Part shown: positions 49,241 to 59,120 of the stretch, piece by piece | Layout: each line of letters starts with the position of its first letter | How positions within the stretch are numbered: position 1 is the first letter of the stretch | Virus record (IMG/VR): IMGVR_UViG_3300037502_002391 | Coordinates: 18,256 to 82,255 of that record | Direction: 5' to 3' (one strand) | Length of the DNA: 64,000 nt | Source: a virus | The notes under the pieces: generated by a model | Database searches by the model: none | Told to the model about the DNA's origin: nothing | What the model saw: the letters and a program-made list of their open reading frames with translations, nothing else | Made by a program: the position numbers and the translations under genes

Positions 49241-50299
49241 TTATTTATTTGTCAATTTAAAATAACCATATCCATATTTTTCCATATCTTGTAATGTTTT
49301 TACTTCACCTAATCTTTGGACTTTTTCATAACCTGAATTTTTACCCCTCTCAACAAAAACATTTGAAAAAATTTGAACATCATCTACTGATTTTAACAAT
49401 GCTTCATTTTTTGTTATTGCACTTAACACTATACTTTCTTTACGCAAACCCTTGCTTTTAAACTCAAAGGTTGTAAGACCAAAAGAATAGTCCTTATATT
49501 TTATACCATCATTACCATTAACATAAATTGTATATCCTGTAAATGAATCATTTATTTCTGTTATTTTACCATATGTGTTTCCATTCTTTTTTATCTCAAA
49601 GCCAATATCATATGTTTTGTTTCCATATAAAGCCAAATCAAACAAATTTGATTTTGTATATCCAGTAACAGTTACCTCACTATCATATAGATAGTCATCT
49701 ATATCCATACCTGTATCCCCAGTAAAGATATAATTATATTTTAGTGGTGTTCCCTTCCAAGGACCCCCACTTGGGATAAATTCTATTGTCCCATTTGGAT
49801 TATTACTAACATTATTTTTATCAAATGGTATAGTTATAGTTTTACTTATGATATTTGTTCCAAAATTATTATTTTGTTCTATCCTTATCACATATTTCCC
49901 GTTTGAATCATATGAATGACATTTCTTTATGTCATCCATAACTTCAATCTTCCTATTATCTCCCCAATATATCTTGTATTCTGATTCTTTTGTATAAGAA
50001 TTAAAAATTGATGTGTTATAAACACAATAAGTGTTTTTATTTTCTGCACTAAAGACATAATTCAAAACTGTTTCCTTTTGTTGTATTGCTCCATCAAATG
50101 TTGAATAATAACCCATATCCAAACAATCTTGAGTTAATAATATGGGAATAGTCAAACCAGTAAGTGAAGATGTGCCATTAACCCCACTTGTGAGCAGACT
50201 AGTCATTCCTGTATATACACCAAATGTATTTCCACTATAAGTTACTTCCTTAATTATGGATGATAAAGACTCTGGAGATATTTTAATTTTATATACCAT
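49241..50299 (-). CDS. putative structural protein (PKD-like segment)
   Basis: YKIYWGD...HSY...GKYVI resembles PKD; baseplate region. Confidence 0.55.
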   Translation of the reverse strand: MVYKIKISPESLSSIIKEVTYSGNTFGVYTGMTSLLTSGVNGTSSLTGLTIPILLTQDCLDMGYYSTFDGAIQQKETVLNYVFSAENKNTYCVYNTSIFNSYTKESEYKIYWGDNRKIEVMDDIKKCHSYDSNGKYVIRIEQNNNFGTNIISKTITIPFDKNNVSNNPNGTIEFIPSGGPWKGTPLKYNYIFTGDTGMDIDDYLYDSEVTVTGYTKSNLFDLALYGNKTYDIGFEIKKNGNTYGKITEINDSFTGYTIYVNGNDGIKYKDYSFGLTTFEFKSKGLRKESIVLSAITKNEALLKSVDDVQIFSNVFVERGKNSGYEKVQRLGEVKTLQDMEKYGYGYFKLTNK

Positions 50300-50301
50300 T
50301 A

Positions 50302-50880
50302 TTATTTAGTTACATATTCATACCAATTCATAGGATTATTTTTAACCCCAACTTCACTATCATCTTTAATACTATAATAAGCATAAGTATAAGTTTTATA
50401 ATCCAAAACTATTTTATAGTAAAAATCAAAAACATCATTTAAATTATATTCTCCACTTGATTGTCTCTTATTTGCCATTCTTGTTGTAGAACCATTTTTA
50501 CCATTAAAAAATGTAGCACTAACATAGAATGTATCAATATTTAATATTTGTTTATCTTTTAGCCAATAAATAAAAAACCCTTCTGTGTTTTCAACATAAT
50601 CCAAATAATATGTTGGAATTATAGTTTCATTTAATTTAACCCCATTACTTGCTTGTAAAATTGTTGTTAGATAAATTTTTTGTGCTTTGCTAAATGGGGT
50701 GTCATAATAATCTAATTTGAAGAAAGAGTTGTTAAAACTACTTGAAATTCTTTTAATATCTTCTTCTAGCCTAAAGTTATTTTTTGGTGTAAAATATGTT
50801 GAATTCCAATTATCCTCTAAACCCAACTCTTTTCCATTGTGAAAATTAAAATTTATATTTAAACTATAATCTATTCCCAT
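50302..50880 (-). CDS. putative structural protein
   Basis: 192 aa, aromatic-rich (SFFKLDYYDTP, EGFFIYWLK). Confidence 0.6.
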   Translation of the reverse strand: MGIDYSLNINFNFHNGKELGLEDNWNSTYFTPKNNFRLEEDIKRISSSFNNSFFKLDYYDTPFSKAQKIYLTTILQASNGVKLNETIIPTYYLDYVENTEGFFIYWLKDKQILNIDTFYVSATFFNGKNGSTTRMANKRQSSGEYNLNDVFDFYYKIVLDYKTYTYAYYSIKDDSEVGVKNNPMNWYEYVTK

Positions 50881-50884
50881 TTGA

Positions 50885-51799
50885 TTAATCTTTTATACAT
50901 CTAATTGAATACCCATTGTTAGGATCATCTTCTTGAAAATCCAAGTTATTATTATCATATTCTAATTGTACTAATTTTTTAAAATTAAGCCCACTTCCAT
51001 TTGTTTGTGACCAAAATGTTGCTGTCTCTCCAAAATAATTAAAATTACCATTAAATACTCTTCTACCAGCTGGATAAGCATTAAATCCACTACTATTTGT
51101 TGCACCATTGTTTGGTGTTCTCCACCAAACTAAACCTTTTGTCTTCATTTTACCACCAGAAACACTATTACCACCAAGATATGTGCTTAATGTGATAAAT
51201 TCAGCATTTGTTGGAATATGCCATCCAGTAGGGCATAATCCCCCAGCATTAGAGATAGCATACCAGTTATATAAATAACCAAAACAACTATCAATTCCAT
51301 TATTATATGAAGAATATGCTCCAATTTTTAAATTGCTCCATGTAGTGTTATTTGTGATATATGGAATAGATGCACCATTATTATATCTTGTTGTTCTTAA
51401 ATTTTCTGTAAACCAAGTTTGTGTTCCAATCACTGCTGTGCCATAGTAATTCCCATCATAATCCCTAACAAATGTTGTTCCAGAACAAGTATTAACATTT
51501 GTTAACACTCCACTTGAATCAATCTCAAATACAGTTCCATTTGTACTACTAACATACCAACCTTCAGACAATTTAGTATAAACACCATCTATTTTAGTAT
51601 ATATTATATCACCAATTTCAATTTTCTGTGGATTTCTTAATGTATTGACATATAATGTATCACAATCACCAACACAATTTGTTGGTGATGTTGGACAAAA
51701 TATTGAATTACATGCAGCACCACTAGTGGAATGTGCAAACCAACTTCCACAGCCACTTGGACTTGGTGATGAACCAGCATATATGTTAAAATCTGTCAT
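50885..51799 (-). CDS. Cys-rich module plus FISUMP (Fib_succ_major) domain protein
   Basis: DYDGNYY...IGTQTWFTENLRT..GYLYNWY..GLCPTGWHIPT..GFNAYPAG.R..FW..GYSIRCIKD; probable start at 51799. Confidence 0.88.
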   Translation of the reverse strand: MTDFNIYAGSSPSPSGCGSWFAHSTSGAACNSIFCPTSPTNCVGDCDTLYVNTLRNPQKIEIGDIIYTKIDGVYTKLSEGWYVSSTNGTVFEIDSSGVLTNVNTCSGTTFVRDYDGNYYGTAVIGTQTWFTENLRTTRYNNGASIPYITNNTTWSNLKIGAYSSYNNGIDSCFGYLYNWYAISNAGGLCPTGWHIPTNAEFITLSTYLGGNSVSGGKMKTKGLVWWRTPNNGATNSSGFNAYPAGRRVFNGNFNYFGETATFWSQTNGSGLNFKKLVQLEYDNNNLDFQEDDPNNGYSIRCIKD

Positions 51800-51804
51800 A
51801 TTTA

Positions 51805-52329
51805 TTAACAATTTTGTTTAAATGCAATTAAATTATTTGATGAATAATAGTTAAATTGAGTTGGTGTGATAGTTGGAGTTGGAGTTGGTGTTGTTGTATT
51901 TGTTGGAGTAATAGTTGGTGTGATAGTTGTTGATGGAGTTATTGATGAAGTTGGTGTGTTTGTTGGTGTGTTTGTTGGTGTTACAGTTGGGGTACTTGTA
52001 TTTGTTGGTGTTACAGTTGTTGTTTTGGTTGGTGTAGGTGTAAGTGTGCTACTTGGTGTAGGTGTAATTGTGCTACTTGGAGTAATGGTTGGTGTTGGTG
52101 TTGGTGTAGAAGTCTTTGATGGATCAGGAAAACCTTCCCTCAATCCTTTATGTGTAAATCTAACTATTTCATAATCGACTAATCCATTTATTGAATTACT
52201 TAAAACATCTTCCCCATAATTATCTATAACATCTTGATGCCCAAGAATATCAAAATCAATCTTGATTGGTAAACTTATTGTTAAGTCATTAGCCCTAGGT
52301 TGTAGTAATCTATATCTATTCACACTCAT
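51805..52329 (-). CDS. structural protein with C-terminal Thr/Pro tract
   Basis: About 65-aa N-terminal domain followed by ~90 aa PT repeat. Confidence 0.65.
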   Translation of the reverse strand: MSVNRYRLLQPRANDLTISLPIKIDFDILGHQDVIDNYGEDVLSNSINGLVDYEIVRFTHKGLREGFPDPSKTSTPTPTPTITPSSTITPTPSSTLTPTPTKTTTVTPTNTSTPTVTPTNTPTNTPTSSITPSTTITPTITPTNTTTPTPTPTITPTQFNYYSSNNLIAFKQNC

Positions 52330-53956
52330 CTATTATAGGTTTTACTATCAAAGGATTTTCTCCAGAGTTTGTTGTATTAAATACATTTTTCTCATAATCA
52401 TAACCTTCAGGAAATAATTTAAAAATATTATTAACAAAGGGATAGAAAGATCCATTTATGAATGGGTAGTTAACTCCATTATTATTTTCATCAAAAAATC
52501 CAACACTATAAATATCCCTCCATCTAAATTGATTGTCAATCTTTGAAAAAAAAGCATAATTTGGGATATTATCCGCCAAGTTTTTATCAACTGTTTCAAC
52601 ATAATCTGAAAATACTTTTAATTGCAATTTATTGTGAGGTTTATAATAATACCCTTTTTCATTATCATTTATGTCAAAAATTGATTGAGAATGTTTTATC
52701 TTATAATAAAAATCTGAAACAACTCTTTCTATTTGCTCATATTCATTATATTCACAAAAATCCCCATCAAACTCATCTGGGTGTTTGTAATAAAAAAATT
52801 CTTTATTATCATTATCAAAATAAGATGTTGTACCAATATTACTATTAGAATTTGGATTTCTACTTTCCCACCATACCTTATTATTTTTAAGAATGTTAAA
52901 ACCCCAACCTTTCTTCATACTATCATTCCTTGATGCAAAAAATCCAGATTGTCCTTTAAACACAATTGTTAAATACAATTCAGTTATGGGTCTATTATGA
53001 TTATCTACAATTCCATCAATATTAATTTCATTCTGTAATGTAAAATTATATGAATAATTTGATTCTTTTGTGTAGCCTGAAAATGAATCATTATTATAAC
53101 TCAACACACTTCTACCATCAAAAACACCTCTTTGGAATCCAGCTTTTGTTACAACTATTTTATTACCCCCACTAATGACTTTGTGTTTTCTAATATAATA
53201 TATTGAAGTTGTTTCTCCTGAATTACTAGCAATAATAACACGTTTTAATGTGTTAGGCACATTTGAGGCAATATTATTCTTAATGTTAAGTATATTAATA
53301 ATATATTTCTCTGAATTAAAAGAACCATCCCCAAATGAATAAACATCATACACAACACCATCAATCAAAACACTTTCACCCTCCTTAATATTATGCTCAA
53401 CCCAACAGGTTATCTTTACAATATTAAAACCATTTACAACAACTTTCTCACTAACAAATGGTATCCCCTTTTCCACATCCCAATCAAATGATTTCCCTTT
53501 TATTGTTATACTAAGTTGTTGTTTACTATCATTAGCATAAGGATAGGTCAAATAATAATTCCAATTATATGTATAAGCATTTGGTGTTTCATAACCAAAT
53601 GCTGTTAAAGTTGGGGGTCTAAAAAAATCAAATTCATATGCTCTAAGAAATCCTTTAGCATTATTAGTCTGTACATAAAATGTGTTAAGTATAGGATATA
53701 TTAATTCATTTTTATATTTGCTAGTTGTTATACCAGAATAAGTATTATCATAAATAAAATTTATATTAAAAATAGGTCTAATATTAAATGACCCACCCTT
53801 TTCTTTGTCATATAAAATATTTAAATCAACATTAATGTCTCTATCAAACTCAATAAGTTCTTTTCTTGTTGATTCAACTTCAACTGAAATCTGTAATCCA
53901 TTGTCATCAGATACTTTATTCTTATATGAACTTGGAACAATGCTATACTTATTCAT
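52316..53956 (-). CDS. putative structural (baseplate region) protein
   Basis: 546-aa ORF coupled to both neighbours. Confidence 0.6.
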   Translation of the reverse strand: MNKYSIVPSSYKNKVSDDNGLQISVEVESTRKELIEFDRDINVDLNILYDKEKGGSFNIRPIFNINFIYDNTYSGITTSKYKNELIYPILNTFYVQTNNAKGFLRAYEFDFFRPPTLTAFGYETPNAYTYNWNYYLTYPYANDSKQQLSITIKGKSFDWDVEKGIPFVSEKVVVNGFNIVKITCWVEHNIKEGESVLIDGVVYDVYSFGDGSFNSEKYIINILNIKNNIASNVPNTLKRVIIASNSGETTSIYYIRKHKVISGGNKIVVTKAGFQRGVFDGRSVLSYNNDSFSGYTKESNYSYNFTLQNEINIDGIVDNHNRPITELYLTIVFKGQSGFFASRNDSMKKGWGFNILKNNKVWWESRNPNSNSNIGTTSYFDNDNKEFFYYKHPDEFDGDFCEYNEYEQIERVVSDFYYKIKHSQSIFDINDNEKGYYYKPHNKLQLKVFSDYVETVDKNLADNIPNYAFFSKIDNQFRWRDIYSVGFFDENNNGVNYPFINGSFYPFVNNIFKLFPEGYDYEKNVFNTTNSGENPLIVKPIIDECE

Positions 53957-56900
53957 TTAGATACTTAGTTTTAAATTTATCTAAGGCAGAAAATCCTTTC
54001 TTTATACCAAAATAGAAATGGAATGGTGCTCCAACTATAAAAGAATCAATTGTTCTATCATTCAAATTGTATAAATTATTTTTCTGTGCAAAAATATACC
54101 CCCTATCATTATTATAACTCAAGTCATAAGATGAATCTGAAAAATAATTAGTTTCTAAATCTGTTGTTGTGAATTTTATTCTTTCAAGAGATTGATATTT
54201 TTCTTTTTTAATATCTTTTTGGCTAGTTCCCCAATTGTTCTCTTCTGTGCCAAAAATTGTTTTTGAACCCTTATATAAAGTCCAAGAATAGAATGGCACT
54301 TCCTGTGATTTATTTCCATACTTTTCTAATTTAACCAAAGCATTACTATTTATATCCCTAATATTAACCCTACCTGGTGTTATATAATCTTTTAATTGCA
54401 AATCTGCTTGTGATGATGAGTAGAAAACCCCAATATGGTTTTTATTTTTACCATTAACACTTTTTTCACTAAAAATTATGGTTGGTGAATTATTTGTTTT
54501 AAATTCATATAATTCTGGTGAAAATTTAACAACTCCAAATTCAGAATTGATTGATAATAATTGTGCTAAATCCCCATCCACTTTTTTTCCAGCTCGGCTA
54601 AAGAATGAATCTATAATTTTATTATCTAAAATAAGCCCTTTCAAAACATTAGAATCTAATATTCTACTAATTACAAAGAAATTAACCAAATCAGAATTAT
54701 CATAATGACTTGTTGTGTTAAGTGAATTCATAACATAACCATAACTACTAAAATCATTAAATGACACCTGCTGTCTATTCTTAATACCCAAATTTACAAT
54801 TGTAGTTGGGTACATCAAATTATAATTATTTAGTTTACTGCTATTTGTATTATTATTGTTACCAACAAAGTTAGCATCATCATATGGTGAACTTCTATAA
54901 TAGAAATTATTTGTACTTGCATCATAATAAATCAAATCCTTACAATATTCTGGATTTGTCTTATTTATATTTGCTCTAAAAGAAAACATAAATAATGAAC
55001 CATTTACCCAATTATTTACAAATGATTCAGAAATAACACCTCTACATATACCATAATTTAACTTAAACCTAAACATCCATTCACGGAAAGCATTTATATC
55101 AGGAATTAAATCAAGTATTGGTCTTCTAACTAACTGATAACACCCATCTTTTATGTATATTTTTTGATATTTTGATGATGTACAATCATCACTTATTGTT
55201 ATCTTTCCCCCATTATTTGAATAGCAAGAATATGGTACTAAATTTCCACATAAATTAAATGTATTCAACACATCAGAAGCATTTGGTAAACCAGAAATAT
55301 CATATCCACCTATACTAGCATCAAAAAGTGGATTTGCTTCAGCAGGTAATCCCTCACCTTTTGACAATTTGGGATATCTATAAATTCTAAAAGCATTATT
55401 TTGTTGAAGAACCCCCACTGAATTATTAACCCAGTTTTTACCATCCAAACCATCTGATGTTGGAAGTCTATCTGTCCTTAAAACTATTTTATTTTTATTG
55501 GTATATGATAATGGGTTATCTTTTAATTCAAGATGTGAACTATATGAAAAATATAACATCAAATTTTGTTGCCTAAATAACCCTAAAATACTATCTATAA
55601 TACCAACAAGGAAAATAAGAGATGTTGATTCACCTTCATATTGATTTTTTTCCTTAACATTACCCATACCATTCATATAACTACCTCCATTAAAATCTAA
55701 TCTTGATAAATTATATTTTGAATCAAGTTGTGAAGTAGGGGTTTCTCTTTTATATTTTGTTGACAAAAATGAATTTGCTCTTCTCCCATTTTGTATAAAA
55801 AAATTATCATCAACAACAAATGGATGTGCTTTTGTCCAATTTTTTAAAATTTTTTCCTTATATGGTCTAAGCCCCAATATAAACACAAATGGGTTTTTTA
55901 TTGGGGTTTTATTATTTAATATACCAGCATAATAAGAAACAGCATCTGTTTTATAAGTAGAATATGTTTGTCCAGGTTGGAATGTATATGAATCAAATAA
56001 AATATCATTCTGATCTGTCAAGGTTTGTATTGTTAAATTATTGTTATAAATACTTCCATTATTAAAGTCATTAAGTTTTTGTATTGGTATATTTAATTTG
56101 GTATTAATAGTTAAACTAACTTGATCTTCATTATCATATCCAAAAATTTTACCTAAACCATACTTATTGGTATATTCAGGTGAGTAAGGGTCAACACCCC
56201 TCTGTATAATTAAAACATATTGGTTTTCTATATTTTGAAAATAATCAAGTGGATTATTTATTATTAATTCTTCTCCAACAACATCTTGATTACCTAGTTT
56301 AACTCTCAATACAGCAGGTGATGTTATAACACTAGGAAAATATCCTATTTTTGTTTTATCTGAAATATTTAGATATTCATAATATGTCATACCAGTTAAT
56401 ACTTGGAAATACTCCAAATCAGAAGCATAATAAGATGTATCTGTTAATCCTGTTAAAACTGGTAATGTATATGTTTTAGTTTCATCTTTATCTTGTGTTG
56501 TTGCATATCTTACAATTATATTTTTATTTTGTTCAGTTATCTTAATGCTTCCAGGTTTTCCAAAAAAAATTTCACCATTTGTTGTTGTTCCAGTATATTT
56601 AAAATTAACATCTTTTGATAAACTACTATTAACAAAACTTAATAATTCACCTGTCTCAATCAAAACATCAGATAATACAACAATAACATTGTCATAATGA
56701 TAAGTTCCTCTATTTAAATCATTTGCAAAAGAAACTTTTATTTTATTTTTACCAGAAAAATAACTATTTCTCAAATTAAAATAATTAATTCTTTCCCCAA
56801 CTGGTAATGTTTCACTATAAACTGAAAAATTCTTGCTAAGAATAGGTAACATATATTTATCCGACCTTGGCATCTTAATGTCTGTTTCACCTATTTTTTT

Positions 56901-59042
56901 AGAATCAATGCCTGTTGAATTTGTTGCTCGCCCAGATATAGCTTGTGTTAGTGCAAAAATCATCAAAGGTTTATCATCCTCATACAAAGTATCATCTTTA
57001 TATGCTTTATTATTTGTTTTATCAATAATAATATCTTTTAAATTAGCCCAATTAAAGTTTTGAGAAAAATTATCATAATATAATGAATAATTTGATAATT
57101 GTGATAATAATCCATTATTTTGATTCAAACCTTCCAAATCAACATCTACCTCTTCTATTTCACAATCACAAAGTTCACAATTTGGATATGTTATATTTGG
57201 TAAATGTATTTTTTTTATTTTTCTTCTTATTATTTTTTTAAAATTTCTTATTAAGAATATATTCAAAGTTGTTAAAACCACTATACCTGCAAGATCCTTA
57301 ATTAACATTCCAAATAAGAAAGCACTAAATAATGGACTTGCAGGATTAAAAGTTGCAAGTGAATATCCAGCTGTTGTTAACCACTTTATAAAATCAACAA
57401 TTTCTTTTGCTAATAAAAATGAAACAATTCCAAGTATTGCTGGTAATAATATTTGAGCAAAAAAGTTCCACAAAAAAGAAACCAAATGATATCCAAATAT
57501 TAAAGGAATATTAATAAATTGGATTAATTGAATTACTATGGAAAATAAAAAATATAGTAAATCAAAATTCTTAACTGCGTCATTAACTGGATATTTATTA
57601 ACATTTTGCTCACAACTTCTATCTGAAATTTCTTTTATTCCTATAAATTTACCTTGTGACGTACCACCTTGATATTGGTCAACCAATCCTGCAACTGTAT
57701 ATACCTTATTATATTCAAATTCATAAAATGTATCCTCACACCTTATTGCAGCATCTTTATTGGTATATCCATCCCAATCCAAACCAAAATAATATGAACC
57801 AGCTAATTCTTTTTTTATATTTGCATTAGTAGAATTAATAGGATCATTAGTACCTGAAGCACCCCAACCATACTCCTTAATATTTGGAACTAAAAAATGT
57901 GCCTTCCTTGAAGTATCTGTTGAGTTATCAACATCTTGCCATTTTACCTTAAATCTATATTTACCCTTTCTTGGTATGCCTATTTTCTCATCATTGGTTA
58001 TTATTTGATTTCCATTTTCATCTGTTACAACATATTCCAAATTCATTGGTAATTCAACAACCCAAGTACCATCTCCATCTATAACTCTACCATTATTATC
58101 TAATTCATACTCCTCAAGAATAGGTAAACCCTTTGAATCAAGATTTCTTGTTTGTCTTATGGCCAATATTTGCCCTGGACCAGTTTCAAGTTGGCACAAA
58201 TTGCCCATACTTTCTTTTACCCCACAATTAATTCTTATACTATCTATATTGCTTGTCCCAAAGATTGAGCCAATAAAAATTGCTGTTGGTTGAATATCAA
58301 TACTTGCATCAGCTCTTAAATCAAAGTCAACCCTATTTATGGTTGAATCACAAGTTTCTGGATCACCCCAAAGTGGGGATATTGTAATACCTTTTGATAA
58401 AGAAACAATTTGTGGCAAAGATTCCAAATCTGATGATTTTTGAAATGAATTTCCCTTAAATTGTGCTTCTGTTGCCCTCCCCATTCTAATCAAATCTTGT
58501 GGAGTCAATGAAAACTCACCTATATCTGACAAATCAAGATCCATTAATATGGTATAACTTCCAACCGGAATACCAAATATCATATAATCCCCACTTGAAT
58601 TTGTTTTTACTGTATATTTGTAATACTTCTCATACACTTCAATGGCTTGACCATCAAACATAACATCTTCCATAGTTGGAAAAGTTCCTGTTGCAATATG
58701 TCCTGGATATGATGGTTCATATGGTAATAAATTATACCTATAACCATCTTCATTTTTATCAGATATTGTTTTATATGGGTATATAGATGTAATTAACTCA
58801 TTATCTTCATCTTCCTCACTTAATGGTATAAAAATTGAAACCCTAGCATTTGGAATGCCAAAACCATTATTTGCTGTAATTCTTCCTGCTACAACTCCAT
58901 AATTTGCACAATCTAATGTATATACATCAGATTGTCTTATTTTAAATGATAAAATTTCAAGGAATTCAATATTCTGGTCTAACTGAAAATTAACAACTTT
59001 ATCTTGCCCAATATCAGTCTTAATTCTAAAAGTATTTTGCAT
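53949..59042 (-). CDS. large virion structural protein (1697 aa) with internal hydrophobic segment
   Basis: N-terminal GVVAGRI..GIPNARVSIF..TNSSGDYMIFG.P.G.Y (carboxypeptidase-regulatory-like fold); hydrophobic stretch near aa 495-600; follows gp6-like gene. Confidence 0.65.
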   Translation of the reverse strand: MQNTFRIKTDIGQDKVVNFQLDQNIEFLEILSFKIRQSDVYTLDCANYGVVAGRITANNGFGIPNARVSIFIPLSEEDEDNELITSIYPYKTISDKNEDGYRYNLLPYEPSYPGHIATGTFPTMEDVMFDGQAIEVYEKYYKYTVKTNSSGDYMIFGIPVGSYTILMDLDLSDIGEFSLTPQDLIRMGRATEAQFKGNSFQKSSDLESLPQIVSLSKGITISPLWGDPETCDSTINRVDFDLRADASIDIQPTAIFIGSIFGTSNIDSIRINCGVKESMGNLCQLETGPGQILAIRQTRNLDSKGLPILEEYELDNNGRVIDGDGTWVVELPMNLEYVVTDENGNQIITNDEKIGIPRKGKYRFKVKWQDVDNSTDTSRKAHFLVPNIKEYGWGASGTNDPINSTNANIKKELAGSYYFGLDWDGYTNKDAAIRCEDTFYEFEYNKVYTVAGLVDQYQGGTSQGKFIGIKEISDRSCEQNVNKYPVNDAVKNFDLLYFLFSIVIQLIQFINIPLIFGYHLVSFLWNFFAQILLPAILGIVSFLLAKEIVDFIKWLTTAGYSLATFNPASPLFSAFLFGMLIKDLAGIVVLTTLNIFLIRNFKKIIRRKIKKIHLPNITYPNCELCDCEIEEVDVDLEGLNQNNGLLSQLSNYSLYYDNFSQNFNWANLKDIIIDKTNNKAYKDDTLYEDDKPLMIFALTQAISGRATNSTGIDSKKIGETDIKMPRSDKYMLPILSKNFSVYSETLPVGERINYFNLRNSYFSGKNKIKVSFANDLNRGTYHYDNVIVVLSDVLIETGELLSFVNSSLSKDVNFKYTGTTTNGEIFFGKPGSIKITEQNKNIIVRYATTQDKDETKTYTLPVLTGLTDTSYYASDLEYFQVLTGMTYYEYLNISDKTKIGYFPSVITSPAVLRVKLGNQDVVGEELIINNPLDYFQNIENQYVLIIQRGVDPYSPEYTNKYGLGKIFGYDNEDQVSLTINTKLNIPIQKLNDFNNGSIYNNNLTIQTLTDQNDILFDSYTFQPGQTYSTYKTDAVSYYAGILNNKTPIKNPFVFILGLRPYKEKILKNWTKAHPFVVDDNFFIQNGRRANSFLSTKYKRETPTSQLDSKYNLSRLDFNGGSYMNGMGNVKEKNQYEGESTSLIFLVGIIDSILGLFRQQNLMLYFSYSSHLELKDNPLSYTNKNKIVLRTDRLPTSDGLDGKNWVNNSVGVLQQNNAFRIYRYPKLSKGEGLPAEANPLFDASIGGYDISGLPNASDVLNTFNLCGNLVPYSCYSNNGGKITISDDCTSSKYQKIYIKDGCYQLVRRPILDLIPDINAFREWMFRFKLNYGICRGVISESFVNNWVNGSLFMFSFRANINKTNPEYCKDLIYYDASTNNFYYRSSPYDDANFVGNNNNTNSSKLNNYNLMYPTTIVNLGIKNRQQVSFNDFSSYGYVMNSLNTTSHYDNSDLVNFFVISRILDSNVLKGLILDNKIIDSFFSRAGKKVDGDLAQLLSINSEFGVVKFSPELYEFKTNNSPTIIFSEKSVNGKNKNHIGVFYSSSQADLQLKDYITPGRVNIRDINSNALVKLEKYGNKSQEVPFYSWTLYKGSKTIFGTEENNWGTSQKDIKKEKYQSLERIKFTTTDLETNYFSDSSYDLSYNNDRGYIFAQKNNLYNLNDRTIDSFIVGAPFHFYFGIKKGFSALDKFKTKYLNE

Positions 59043-59058
59043 TAGTCTATTTATTGTT

Positions 59059-59066
59059 TATAAATA
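59059..59066 (-). promoter_or_regulatory. TATTTATA box, candidate late promoter
   Basis: 16 nt upstream of ATG at 59042. Confidence 0.6.
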
Positions 59067-59120
59067 TTTTATTATACATTATTTATAAACAATAAATAAT
59101 AATGAAGTAAAATAAATAAA

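Noticed and set aside
18211-51799. FISUMP genes as diversity-generating retroelement targets
   Set aside because: No reverse transcriptase in the window, and I saw no template repeat differing only at adenines; cannot be excluded elsewhere in the genome.
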